In this document: positions 20,076 through 29,961 of the stretch, one piece after another
Layout: every line of letters begins with the position of its first letter
How positions within the stretch are numbered: the first letter of the stretch is position 1
Assembly (NCBI GenBank): GCA_964430265.1
Contig: CAYSEI010000001.1
Span: 318,987 to 382,986 of the forward strand
Length of the DNA stretch: 64,000 bases
DNA from: an uncultured Pseudomonadales bacterium
GTDB taxonomy: Bacteria > Patescibacteriota > Microgenomatia > UBA1400 > CAYXSR01
Direction of reading: 5' to 3'
Program-made: the position numbers and the translations under genes
Notes under the pieces: model-generated
Database searches by the model: none
What the model was told of the DNA's origin: nothing
Seen by the model: only the letters and a program-made list of their open reading frames with translations

Positions 20076-20483
20076 CTATTTTCTCCAGACAATAGCAGAA
20101 ATATTTTTTCCTGATTCAATTAAATTAATTGCTTTTCTTAATTCATATTGGCTGATTCCTTTATGATATGGTTCTTTTTCCGGAATTCTAGCAGTATAAT
20201 ACGATTTTAAAACAGGGAGTGCCCTTTTATCCCCCATCTGGCCTAAAGCCCAGATAGCATAATTTCTTTTAACAAAACCGTTTTTTTCCTCTTGAATTAC
20301 TTTTATTAAAGCTTGGACACAATCACCTTGGTATTTTTCCTTTGCATAATTACATTCTCTTTTTACACCTTTACCAATGTACATACTGGTAATTAGAAAG
20401 ATGGAAATAAAAAATGATATGCAAAGTCCTAGAAGTGAAATTATTAGCCATTTATGATGTTTTAACTCTTCTTTAAGCTTCAT
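20076..20483 (-). CDS. Membrane-anchored HEAT/PBS-lyase-repeat-like protein; start probably ATG at 20483
   Basis: N-terminal TM helix. WALGQMGDKRALPVLK is a HEAT-like repeat. The track start is a GTG two codons upstream. Confidence 0.45.
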   Translation of the reverse strand: MKLKEELKHHKWLIISLLGLCISFFISIFLITSMYIGKGVKRECNYAKEKYQGDCVQALIKVIQEEKNGFVKRNYAIWALGQMGDKRALPVLKSYYTARIPEKEPYHKGISQYELRKAINLIESGKNISAIVWRK

Positions 20484-20603
20484 TAGCACCTTTAAATGGA
20501 TAATCTAATTATCATTATATTTCTTAAAAAGTTTGAAGTAAATACCTAATGAAACAAAAGCTTTTTTACGCTTCATATACGCTATTAAAAATAAAAGTTA
20601 AAA

Positions 20604-21524
20604 TTAAAATTCCACCGGCCAAAAAAAGCTGTTTGCGTTTTGCGGCATACCTGAAGGATTGGATTTATCTACTTTAACAAACCCATAATTCTCTTCCGGT
20701 AAGCTAAATTCCATTTCTGTATCAAATGTTACAAGATTTTCTGTCATCCAGTCTTCCTGTGTAGCAGCTGTAGTACTAACAAGATTTTCACCATTTAAAG
20801 TAACTAATGACAAAGAAATTTGTGCTTCAAAAAACCAATTTCCCTTAGCAGCAGCATTTATGTTTAAAGGTGAACTCACTGTTTCTGATAGTTCAGGCGA
20901 TACAAAATCAACCGGTTCGGATCGGTCAAGATCAATATAATTTAGAAATTCGTCATAAACTTCAAGCAGCTCACTGTCAGGTGGGTAAGCGGAAAGCAAA
21001 TATTTGCCTTGATCCATTTCAATCAAAGTTGAAACACTTCCTCCCATAGCACCTGATGTAACATATTGTGTAGCATTAAACCCGTCAACAACTAATTCAG
21101 TTTCAGATTCTATATTGTCAAAAGTAATCTCCCTTTCGTCTTCTTCAGGAAAATACACAACCGCAATTTTTAATTTCTCCATAGGAATTCCACCAGTATC
21201 GGGTGTATCCTCTGGATCAAAACTGTAAACTGCTGATTCTCCGTTTCTGCTTGTTGCAGGCCTTAATGTCCAATCTTCAGGATAAGCAAACTGGTAATTA
21301 AATGCTCCATCAAAAGCACGTGTCCATCCATCCGGAAGCTCTTGCATATCTTTATCGGGTAAAATTGACTCCTTTGGACTAGGTTTGGCAGTAGGACTGA
21401 CAACTGGAGCGGCAATTTCAGAACCATTTTGGTTTTGCCGGTCAAAATATATAAATGCACCTATTAAACCTGCAACAAAAACAATCCCGATTATAAACCA
21501 AATAATACCTTGTCCTTTTTTCAT
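20604..21524 (-). CDS. Hypothetical membrane-anchored extracytoplasmic protein
   Basis: N-terminal TM helix followed by an acidic, Pro/Thr-rich ectodomain. No recognisable motifs. Confidence 0.5.
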   Translation of the reverse strand: MKKGQGIIWFIIGIVFVAGLIGAFIYFDRQNQNGSEIAAPVVSPTAKPSPKESILPDKDMQELPDGWTRAFDGAFNYQFAYPEDWTLRPATSRNGESAVYSFDPEDTPDTGGIPMEKLKIAVVYFPEEDEREITFDNIESETELVVDGFNATQYVTSGAMGGSVSTLIEMDQGKYLLSAYPPDSELLEVYDEFLNYIDLDRSEPVDFVSPELSETVSSPLNINAAAKGNWFFEAQISLSLVTLNGENLVSTTAATQEDWMTENLVTFDTEMEFSLPEENYGFVKVDKSNPSGMPQNANSFFWPVEF

Positions 21525-21647
21525 ATATCTCCTTTAATCTTTATTATTTTTAACTATATATTATTAATTTTTTTAACTATATATCAATAATATAACTATA
21601 ATAATTAAATAACTTGTTATATTTATGTAAGAATTAAGTAAAAACAC

Positions 21648-22412
21648 TTATACTTTTTTTAAAAGCAAATAGTTGCTATTATTTGCTTTTTTCATTTTTA
21701 CAATCTCACTACTTTTCTTAAAATAACCTAATAGCTTAAATTTATTTGTCTTATTAACAATTTCCATAAATTCTTGGGGGAAAATCAACTTTCTTCTGCT
21801 TTTTTCAACAAATTCTTTTTTCTTGTTGCCGTCAGTGATTTTTATTTCCAGTGTTTCCAAAAGTTCTTGCTTAACTAAATCCAAAATCTCCAGTTTAAAA
21901 GTTGTTTTCACTTTAATGTTGTTTTTTTCTATTGTCCAAATTTGCGGTTTTAAAATAGTTTTTGGTCGCCAATCAAGTGTAGCATTCTCGATAATATACA
22001 GGCCTCCTTTTTTAAGTGCATTTCCGACACAAGTCAAATGTTTATACAAATCCTGATTGCTTTTAAAATCTCCGATTGTACCCATCATAATTAATGCCAG
22101 ATCAACTTTCTTTTTAAAATTAAAATCTGTCATATCAGCACACAAAGTCTTAATCTCTAAGTTTTCATGTTTTGCTTTTTTAGTTAAATATTCAAGCATT
22201 GGTTTACAGATATCCATGCCAATTCCTTGATATCCGCGGTGTACAAACTCCCTTAATTGAAGGCTTGGGCCGCAGCCGATATCCAAAACCCTTTTGACTT
22301 TAACTTCCGAATGCTTGTTTAAAAACTTTTCTAGCAAATCAATTTGTTTTTTAATATCAACAAAACTAAAAGCAATTTCATAATATTTAGGATGAGCATA
22401 TATTTTATTCAT
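21648..22412 (-). CDS. SAM-dependent methyltransferase; start moved to ATG at 22410-22412
   Basis: VLDIGCGPS is a class I methyltransferase motif I. The ATG overlaps the TGA of the upstream gene (ATGA). Confidence 0.6.
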   Translation of the reverse strand: MNKIYAHPKYYEIAFSFVDIKKQIDLLEKFLNKHSEVKVKRVLDIGCGPSLQLREFVHRGYQGIGMDICKPMLEYLTKKAKHENLEIKTLCADMTDFNFKKKVDLALIMMGTIGDFKSNQDLYKHLTCVGNALKKGGLYIIENATLDWRPKTILKPQIWTIEKNNIKVKTTFKLEILDLVKQELLETLEIKITDGNKKKEFVEKSRRKLIFPQEFMEIVNKTNKFKLLGYFKKSSEIVKMKKANNSNYLLLKKV

Positions 22413-23428
22413 AGTCCCCTTTTCCACTTTCTAAATGATTCAAAAGCATAAGTTGGCCAGTATAAAAAATTAATTGGTAAGTCCTGAGCATGAAGATAAT
22501 CAACTCTTTTACCACCAAAACCTTTTTTAAAAAAGGTAACGCCGGAAAAACGGTGGTTTTTTTCTCTGTCTTTAGGTGCTATTCCCCAGAAATTAAAAAA
22601 ATTAAAATCACGTTCTTTTGCTTCCAATATCGCTTCCCAAAGGATTCTTTGTGCACTAGGTACACTACGCATAATATTGGCAGTTGCTGAATAATGATAT
22701 ACAGCTTCCTGGTTATAAAAGATAAACATTGAGATAGCCAAAAGCTTATCTTTATAAATTGCCTTATACAATTTGGCTTGATTATCTTTAACAAAAACCT
22801 TAAATTGCTCTTTCATAAAACTACAGGGGAAAGGTACAAAATCTTGGCGTTTGGCAGTTTTAAGCTGCAGTTTGTATAGCAGGTCAATATCATTAGGGTC
22901 AATACTTTTAACAATTTTGACTCCGTCCCTTTTAGCTTTACGAATTTCATAACGCCGGCTCTTGCGCATATTATTCAAAAGTACTTTTGCTTTCCTGTCC
23001 AGCTTTAGTTGCCACGTATTTTCAGCATGCAAGTGCATAGGTGCGGAAATAAAACCATTATTTTTAAATAACTTTTTATTTGCTTTACTTTCGATTAGCT
23101 GTGGTCTTACGCGGACAAAATTTACTCGTTCTTTTTTACCCAATTTTTTAATTTCATTAACAAAATGTTCAAAATTATTTTTAAAATTTGTTTTAAAAAG
23201 CGGTCCGGCAGGGCATTGTAAGTAATTGCCTCTCTTAGCCTCTTCTTTAATCAATAAGGAGACACCATCTAATTTATTGTCTTTATAATAGCCGATTCTA
23301 AAGATCTTATTATCAATTTTTTTGTGAAATTCTCCCCAGTTCCAGGACTGCAAAAAACTGCCCTGTGGATGATTAAGGATAAAGTCTTCCCATTTTTGTT
23401 TGGAGTTTACTTTTTTTGCTGCCAGCAT
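22409..23428 (-). CDS. FemAB-family peptidoglycan aminoacyltransferase-like protein
   Basis: The N-terminus WEDFILNHPQGSFLQSWNWGEF resembles FemX/FemAB. Tandem GNAT-like architecture. 339 aa. Confidence 0.55.
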   Translation of the reverse strand: MLAAKKVNSKQKWEDFILNHPQGSFLQSWNWGEFHKKIDNKIFRIGYYKDNKLDGVSLLIKEEAKRGNYLQCPAGPLFKTNFKNNFEHFVNEIKKLGKKERVNFVRVRPQLIESKANKKLFKNNGFISAPMHLHAENTWQLKLDRKAKVLLNNMRKSRRYEIRKAKRDGVKIVKSIDPNDIDLLYKLQLKTAKRQDFVPFPCSFMKEQFKVFVKDNQAKLYKAIYKDKLLAISMFIFYNQEAVYHYSATANIMRSVPSAQRILWEAILEAKERDFNFFNFWGIAPKDREKNHRFSGVTFFKKGFGGKRVDYLHAQDLPINFLYWPTYAFESFRKWKRGL

Positions 23429-24648
23429 TTAATTAAATATATTATCTCACTAATTTGTATATTTTTTAATCCCGGATATGTTGGCAGATTAACAATTTCT
23501 CTGCTTGCTTTTTCGGCTCTTGGGCAAGTGCCTTTTTTATAACCAACCTTGTTTAAATTCACATTTTGAGGTGCAATTACCGGTCGATACCAGTTTCCCA
23601 ATAAGATCCCCTTATTTTTTGCTAAATCAATTAGTTCTTCTGGAGAACTGGTTAGATAAGGAAATCGTAAAAGCGTATTATTACTCTTATAAATTCCATT
23701 TTGAAGTTGATTTAAATAACTTTTTACTATTTTTCTTCTTTTTTTGTTCATTTCATCAATTTTATTAAACTGTTTTATTACCAGACTTGCCATTGCATTT
23801 GGAAGCTTTTTTGGAAACATATCAGGTTTCTTTCCAACTTTTTCACATTGACAAACAGGAAAAGAAAGCAGTTTTAATTTTTGTAAAATAAAAAGAATTA
23901 ACTTGCCGAAAGTAAATTTACTTTTAAAAGGTAAATTATAAAGAGGTTTAATTAAGTAAAAAGCTACAGGATGTAAAAGCTGCTGAAATATCCAAAAATC
24001 ATTAGGATAAGCTAATTCTTGCTGATATTTTCTAATTTTTGTTCCGATTTTTTTAATATTTGTGATCGCCATTCCGCCAAAAACTGAGGAGACAACTTTA
24101 TCCCGGCCAAAAGAAAGCATAGCAGCATCGCCAAATGAACCCAATAGTCTTCCCTTATATTTCTGTCCTAAACAATGAGCACAATCCTCTACTAAAAACA
24201 ATTTCTTCTTATCACAGATTTTTCTAATTTCATCAATTGCAGCCGGCTGACCAAAAGTATGCTGGACAATAACAGCTTTTGTTTTAGAAGTTATCTTTTT
24301 TTTAATTTGTTTAGGACTGATATTAAAGCTATTTTTACTAATGTCTGCATAAACAGGGTTTGCTCCTGTCCAAATAACAGCGTTAGGAACTGCAACACAT
24401 GTAAACGGTTGAATAATAACTTCATCACCAGAATTAATTCCCAAAGCTTTTAAAATAACAAAAAGTGCGCTTCTTCCGCTGTTAAAAGATATTGCATATC
24501 CAAATGTAAAGAAATTCTTGATTTTGTTCTCCAGCTTTTGAATACTCTCCCCTTTTTTCCATAAGCTGGGTTTAAAGATCCTTTTGCAAGCCAGACTTAC
24601 ATCTTCTTTACTTGTATTTGGGGATAAAGAAATTAGAATATTATTCAT
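23407..24648 (-). CDS. DegT/DnrJ/EryC1/StrS-family PLP-dependent sugar aminotransferase
   Basis: DEVIIQPFTCVAVPNAV and SFGRDKVVSS (PLP lysine). 413 aa with a C-terminal extension. Confidence 0.7.
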   Translation of the reverse strand: MNNILISLSPNTSKEDVSLACKRIFKPSLWKKGESIQKLENKIKNFFTFGYAISFNSGRSALFVILKALGINSGDEVIIQPFTCVAVPNAVIWTGANPVYADISKNSFNISPKQIKKKITSKTKAVIVQHTFGQPAAIDEIRKICDKKKLFLVEDCAHCLGQKYKGRLLGSFGDAAMLSFGRDKVVSSVFGGMAITNIKKIGTKIRKYQQELAYPNDFWIFQQLLHPVAFYLIKPLYNLPFKSKFTFGKLILFILQKLKLLSFPVCQCEKVGKKPDMFPKKLPNAMASLVIKQFNKIDEMNKKRRKIVKSYLNQLQNGIYKSNNTLLRFPYLTSSPEELIDLAKNKGILLGNWYRPVIAPQNVNLNKVGYKKGTCPRAEKASREIVNLPTYPGLKNIQISEIIYLIKCWQQKK

Positions 24649-26098
24649 TTTTTAAGAGAAATTCTTTAACGCTTTTGTATATCCTGCCTTCAAGAAGGAT
24701 AACAGTATTTGGATTACAATATTTCTTTATCCTATGAATAATCTTTTGGGGATTTGTTATCACTTCTGCTTCAATATATTGTGCAAAATTCTTTTTAGTC
24801 AGAATTACTTTGTCCGCACTACTATTTAATTTCTTATTTATTAATTTATGAGTTTTTTCACTGCTTTTACCCAGCTCAATAATACCCGGCGTCAAGACTA
24901 TTTTTTTATCTTCCGGTCTCTTATTCAAGATTTTCAAGGCTGATAAAAATCCGTCAGGATTGCTGTTGTATGAATCGTCAATTAACTTAACTCCCTGCCT
25001 GCCTTTTTTAATTTGCAGCATATAAGGAGTGTATGGTATTGACTGTAGACTTTTGTTGATTACTTTTTCTTTTATATTCATTTTCCTTGCTAGTTTAAAA
25101 GCAGCATCAATATTAATCTGCTGAAATTCTCCAGCCAAATTAGTTTTATAATTTTTTATAATAGTTTTTCCGTAAGCTACTTTTTCAATATCTTCAATTT
25201 TTTTCATTAACTGTTTGACATAATTATTACTGACATTAAAAAAAGCTAAGCCATTTTTATCAAGTGAATCAATTAGTTCAGATTTAGCTTTTTGAGTATT
25301 TTCTAAACTACCAAAAAGTGACAAGTGCTGTTTATTTATACCGGTGAGAATACCAATATCAGGTTTAAGCCAAGCACAAATACTTTTAATTTCTCCTTTT
25401 TTATAAGCACCGATTTCTGCTACAAAAACTTGATGCTTACTATTTAAATTCGCAAGAATTGTTTTAGATATTCCCAAATTAGTATTCCAATTATGCGGTG
25501 TTTTAAGCACCTGATATTTACTTGACAGGACGTGGGAAACAATTTCTTTAGTAGAAGTTTTTCCGTAGCTACCGGTTATTCCAATTATTTTCAGATTTGA
25601 TCTGTATTTATCTAGTTTGTTTTTAGCTAACATTACAACCAGACATTTAAAAGGTGCAGTTATAAGATTAAATAAAAAAATTAAAAGCGAAACAATTAAG
25701 AAGTTTAATAAATTTAAACAAAGTAAGCTAATCAAAATCATAGCATAAACATCTACATAGTGGGAAATAAAAGAAAATATTTGTTCAAGTATAAAAAAGA
25801 ATAAATGGTAATTTATCACAAGCAAAGCACCCAAAGAAAGTAATATTCTTAAAGTAATTTTGGGATACTTAAAATTATTAAAATAAAAAAAATTAAGCTG
25901 GGATAGAAAAAACCACTTGTTTTGCGGAATCTCAAAATGACTTTTTAAACGGTCAAAACGATATTCCTTGATCTGCCATAAATAAAAATTGTAAAGAGTG
26001 TTGGTAATTAATTTAAAGCTGTTTAGTCCGATAAAAAGGAATATTATTAATTTTCCGAGTTCAATATTTATAAAATAATTATTTACAAAATAATTCAT
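24641..26098 (-). CDS. murF: MurF-like Mur ligase with a polytopic membrane N-terminal region
   Basis: The central P-loop IGITGSYGKTSTKEIV and the C-terminal Mur-ligase domain are present. The first ~170 aa are hydrophobic TM segments instead of the canonical MurF N-domain. Confidence 0.65.
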   Translation of the reverse strand: MNYFVNNYFINIELGKLIIFLFIGLNSFKLITNTLYNFYLWQIKEYRFDRLKSHFEIPQNKWFFLSQLNFFYFNNFKYPKITLRILLSLGALLVINYHLFFFILEQIFSFISHYVDVYAMILISLLCLNLLNFLIVSLLIFLFNLITAPFKCLVVMLAKNKLDKYRSNLKIIGITGSYGKTSTKEIVSHVLSSKYQVLKTPHNWNTNLGISKTILANLNSKHQVFVAEIGAYKKGEIKSICAWLKPDIGILTGINKQHLSLFGSLENTQKAKSELIDSLDKNGLAFFNVSNNYVKQLMKKIEDIEKVAYGKTIIKNYKTNLAGEFQQINIDAAFKLARKMNIKEKVINKSLQSIPYTPYMLQIKKGRQGVKLIDDSYNSNPDGFLSALKILNKRPEDKKIVLTPGIIELGKSSEKTHKLINKKLNSSADKVILTKKNFAQYIEAEVITNPQKIIHRIKKYCNPNTVILLEGRIYKSVKEFLLKNE

Positions 26099-26802
26099 TT
26101 TTTATTTATAAAACTTAAAATATCTTTTTTTATTAAATGAGGATTTTTAACTGGCAATCCGTGTCCCTGTCCGGAAAAAACTTTCAAAACGGAATTGCTT
26201 ATTTTGTCAGCAAATATCCTTCCGTATCTCAAAGGGGTTAACTTATCTTCTCTGCCCCAGATTAGTAAAACCGGAATTTCAATTTTTTCTGCGTCATTTC
26301 TTAGATCAAAATTAATAATAAGCTGCATAGTTTTTTTCATAACTTCAGAAGCCTGGTAATAATCTTTTTCACGCGCCAGTTTATACAACAGCCAGCGAGC
26401 GCTTTTTTTTAAACTAACAAGTAAAGGCAAGCTAAATAAATATCCGCCAATTTTTGCTAGATATTGGAAAATAACTTTTTTCAAACTATTTTCAACAATA
26501 CCCGCACTGTTAACAAGAATTAATTTTTTAACTTTATCCGGGTAAAGAGAACAAAAACTTACAGCAATTCTTCCGCCAAAAGAATGTCCCAGAAGTATAA
26601 CATTATCAATTTTTTGATGTTCAATATAATTGTTTAACCATAAACAATAATCATCCAAAGTCCAAGGTCTTTTTAACTCTTTTTTAAATCCGGGTAGTTG
26701 GGGAATATAAATATTTAAATTATTCTTGTCAAATACTTGTTTAAACTTATCCCAATTTTTAGGTTTGCTTGCCCAGCCGTGTAATACAATTAAATTATTC
26801 AT
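26095..26802 (-). CDS. Alpha/beta-fold hydrolase
   Basis: GHSFGG nucleophile elbow. 235 aa. Confidence 0.65.
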   Translation of the reverse strand: MNNLIVLHGWASKPKNWDKFKQVFDKNNLNIYIPQLPGFKKELKRPWTLDDYCLWLNNYIEHQKIDNVILLGHSFGGRIAVSFCSLYPDKVKKLILVNSAGIVENSLKKVIFQYLAKIGGYLFSLPLLVSLKKSARWLLYKLAREKDYYQASEVMKKTMQLIINFDLRNDAEKIEIPVLLIWGREDKLTPLRYGRIFADKISNSVLKVFSGQGHGLPVKNPHLIKKDILSFINKK

Positions 26803-27785
26803 TCTTTAATTATTCCAACAATTTTATCTGCCAATTTATTACTGTCGTGTCTTAAAAAGCTGCGCTGTAAACTGTCCCCTTTTTTTTTCTTGACAATTTC
26901 ATTTTTCAAAAATGCGCCTCTTATTACCATGAAATCATGATTATCCAAATCATCTTTTACCGGAACACTCTGTTGTTTTTTGTATTTTTCCAAAAAATCT
27001 ACGGGTATTTTTTTCGTGTTAATAAAAATATAATCAGGATATTTATCTAAATATTTTTTAATTTCTTCAACATGTTTTTTTGCTGTAAATCCAGGAGTCT
27101 GGCTGTACCGCGTCATTAAATTAACAATATATACAATCTCTGCCCTGCTATTATTAATGGTTTTTTTTGCCCCATTAATTACCAAATTAGGTAGAATACT
27201 GGTATACAAATCTCCTGGTCCCAAAACAATCAAATCCGCGTTTTCAATTGCTTTTTTAGTTTTTAAATATATCTCTGCTTTTGGTTTAGTTGTCAGATTG
27301 ATAATCTCTTTTCCGCCGCCGAACTTAGGTTCATCAATTTTATGTTCACCTATTAACCTGGTTCCGTCATTATATTCAGCCACTAGATCAATATTTTTTA
27401 AGCTAATTGGTAAAACTTTACCTTGCAGCTGAAAAATCCGGGAAGCAATTGCAATTGCTTTTTGTTCTGAACCGGTCATATCCTGCAATGCAGTTAAAAT
27501 TAAATTGCCAAGATTGTGTCCTTTAAGTCCTTTTCCCTTGCTAAACCTGTATAAAAGCAGTTTTCTTACATACTCCTCTTCACCCTCGTCAGCTAGAGCT
27601 GCAATGCATTGGCGGATATCACCTACAGGTAAAAAACCAAATTCGGAACGCAGTCTTCCGGTTGAACCACCGCTGTCAGCAACAGTAACTACTGCAGTAA
27701 TATTTAGTTTATGCTTTTTTAGACCTTGTAAAAGTACATAGCTGCCTGTTCCGCCACCAATAGTAACAATATTTTTCTTTTTCAT
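26799..27785 (-). CDS. yvcK: YvcK/CofD-like (UPF0052) protein
   Basis: IVTIGGGTGSYVLLQGLK...VVTVADSGGSTGRLR matches the YvcK/gluconeogenesis-factor family. Confidence 0.75.
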   Translation of the reverse strand: MKKKNIVTIGGGTGSYVLLQGLKKHKLNITAVVTVADSGGSTGRLRSEFGFLPVGDIRQCIAALADEGEEEYVRKLLLYRFSKGKGLKGHNLGNLILTALQDMTGSEQKAIAIASRIFQLQGKVLPISLKNIDLVAEYNDGTRLIGEHKIDEPKFGGGKEIINLTTKPKAEIYLKTKKAIENADLIVLGPGDLYTSILPNLVINGAKKTINNSRAEIVYIVNLMTRYSQTPGFTAKKHVEEIKKYLDKYPDYIFINTKKIPVDFLEKYKKQQSVPVKDDLDNHDFMVIRGAFLKNEIVKKKKGDSLQRSFLRHDSNKLADKIVGIIKE

Positions 27786-29101
27786 ACCCGTTTAATATTT
27801 GCTCCCAATCTTAATAATCTACGATCAAGATTTTCATAACCCCTATCTATTTGAGCAATATTGGTAAGAATTGTTTCACCTTCCGCCATCATTGCCGCTA
27901 AAGTCAATGTTGCACCTGCGCGTAAATTAGCAACCCGTGTCTTAATCCCTTTTAATTGCCGCGGTCCAATAATGCGTATACCATGCTTAAATTCTTTTTT
28001 ATCGTCTTCTAAATCAAAATTATAAAAAGATTTTGGGTTTTTAACATCCGGATTATAAAAATCAATTTTTGCACCCATTTTTATCAGCTGTTCTGCATAG
28101 CCAAAACGTGAAGGAAATATAGCTTCAACAATTTCTGATGTTCCTTTTGCTTGGGTCATTAAAGTTCCCCATAAAGGCTGCCAGTCGGTCATAAAACCGG
28201 GATGAGGCTGAGTAACAATATCAGTTGCCTTTAACTGTTTATCAGCATAAAAACGTATTCCGTAGTCACCGATTTCATAATTTCCTCCGGCTTGTTCAAC
28301 CTTTGTTAAAAAAGCCTGTAAATGTTTTGGTATGGCATTTTCCACAATCACGTCACCTTGTGTTCCTAAAGCAGCACATGCATAGGTGACAGCTTCATTT
28401 CTATCAGGAACAACAGAATGAATGGTTGGATGCAAGTTGTCAAGCGCTAACCCTTGTATAGTAATAGTTCTATTTTGCCTATTAATTTTTGCTCCCATCT
28501 TGTTTAAAAACTCGATTAAATCATCCACTTCTGGCTCTTCAGCTGTATTTTTCAAAGTTGTTTTACCTTTTGCACAAACAGCTGCCATAACCAATGTTTC
28601 TGTTCCTGTATGTGTGTTTTTAGGAAAACAATATTCTGTCCCTATCAGCTTGTCTGTTTGAAGAATATAAGCACCGTTTGCAAAATTTACTTCAACGTTC
28701 ATCTGTTTTAAACCATTAAAATGTCTTTGCAAAGGCCGCGAACCAAGTTTATCACCACCCGGGATTGGAAGAACAGCTTTGCCAAATCTGGCTAAGAGCG
28801 GTCCAGCAAACATAGTAGTTGCCCGGGTTTTATCGCTTAGTTCAACAGGCAATTCAAATTTATTTAATTCAGTAGCATTAATAAATAAGGTTCTTTCCCC
28901 GTGCGACCTTACCTTCCCACCTAACGCTTGAATAATATTTCTGGTAATAGCAACTGAACCGATCCGGGAAAAATTTAATAACCGATTTTCACCTTTACAC
29001 AAAAGAGAAGCAATCATTAATTTAAATGAAGCGTTTTTTGCGCCTCCCAAACGAACAACACCTTTTAAAGACGACTTACCTTTAATTACAAACTTTGACA
29101 T
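27782..29101 (-). CDS. murA: UDP-N-acetylglucosamine 1-carboxyvinyltransferase
   Basis: EPSP-synthase fold motifs (LGGAKNA...). The track start is a TTG. The ATG at 29099-29101 overlaps the murB stop by 1 nt. Confidence 0.85.
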   Translation of the reverse strand: MSKFVIKGKSSLKGVVRLGGAKNASFKLMIASLLCKGENRLLNFSRIGSVAITRNIIQALGGKVRSHGERTLFINATELNKFELPVELSDKTRATTMFAGPLLARFGKAVLPIPGGDKLGSRPLQRHFNGLKQMNVEVNFANGAYILQTDKLIGTEYCFPKNTHTGTETLVMAAVCAKGKTTLKNTAEEPEVDDLIEFLNKMGAKINRQNRTITIQGLALDNLHPTIHSVVPDRNEAVTYACAALGTQGDVIVENAIPKHLQAFLTKVEQAGGNYEIGDYGIRFYADKQLKATDIVTQPHPGFMTDWQPLWGTLMTQAKGTSEIVEAIFPSRFGYAEQLIKMGAKIDFYNPDVKNPKSFYNFDLEDDKKEFKHGIRIIGPRQLKGIKTRVANLRAGATLTLAAMMAEGETILTNIAQIDRGYENLDRRLLRLGANIKRV

Positions 29102-29961
29102 CAAAACCTCCCTACTATTTTAATTTCTTTTTCTAATTCAAGAGAAAACTTATTTTTAACTGCTTTTTTTATTAAATTAATCAACTCAATCACGTCTGCG
29201 GCTTTACCTTCACCATTGTTAATTATAAAGTTGGCATGTTCTTCACTCACTTTCACATCTCCGATCTGCTTGCCTTTTAAACCCGTTTTTTCAATTAAGC
29301 GTCCGGCATAATCTCCCTGGGGATTTTTAAAAATACTACCGGCACTTAAACCTGGGGGTTGTTTTTTTCTTGTATGCAAATGTTTTTTAATATTTTTTTG
29401 AATTAGTTTTGGGTCTTTTTTGCTTAGTTTAAATTCTGCTTTTAAAATAATTTCCTTTGTTTTACTAAACCTACTCCTGCGGTAGCCAAATTCGCAGTCT
29501 TTTTTATTCAACCAATAACTTTCTTTATTCTGATCATAAATTTTTACGCGCTTTAAAACATCTTTTATCTCCCTATCTTTAACACCGCAGTTCATAACTA
29601 CTCCACCTCCAACGCTTCCGGGGATGCCGATAGTAAACTCAAGTCCTGACAATGAATTTTGCTTGCAGATTTGTACTAATTCTCCCCAACGGAGTCCGGA
29701 ATCAGCAACAACCAGACGATTATCTATTTGATAATCTTTATTATTCAGTTTGATAACCAATCCTTTCATGCCGTGATCACTAACTAAAAGGTTAGAGCCA
29801 GAGCCAAGGATAAAATAGGGCAGTTCTTTGTGGTCTGCCCAGTTTAAAGCTTCAATAAGTTCTTTTTCATTCTGGACTACACAAAAATAGTCGGCCGGAC
29901 CACCGATTCCAAAAGTAGTAAATTTATTTAGTCTTATATGTTTTTGTATTTTAATACTCAT
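29101..29961 (-). CDS. murB: UDP-N-acetylenolpyruvoylglucosamine reductase
   Basis: FAD-binding FTTFGIGGPADYF and the MurB C-terminal domain. Confidence 0.85.
   Translation of the reverse strand: MSIKIQKHIRLNKFTTFGIGGPADYFCVVQNEKELIEALNWADHKELPYFILGSGSNLLVSDHGMKGLVIKLNNKDYQIDNRLVVADSGLRWGELVQICKQNSLSGLEFTIGIPGSVGGGVVMNCGVKDREIKDVLKRVKIYDQNKESYWLNKKDCEFGYRRSRFSKTKEIILKAEFKLSKKDPKLIQKNIKKHLHTRKKQPPGLSAGSIFKNPQGDYAGRLIEKTGLKGKQIGDVKVSEEHANFIINNGEGKAADVIELINLIKKAVKNKFSLELEKEIKIVGRF

Noticed and set aside
21525-21647. Direct repeat TTTTTAACTATATAT x2 in an AT-rich intergenic region
   Set aside because: Only two short copies in a region that is ~85% AT, so this is most likely chance or promoter UP-element sequence. 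There are no further copies and no spacer regularity, so it is not a CRISPR or iteron array.
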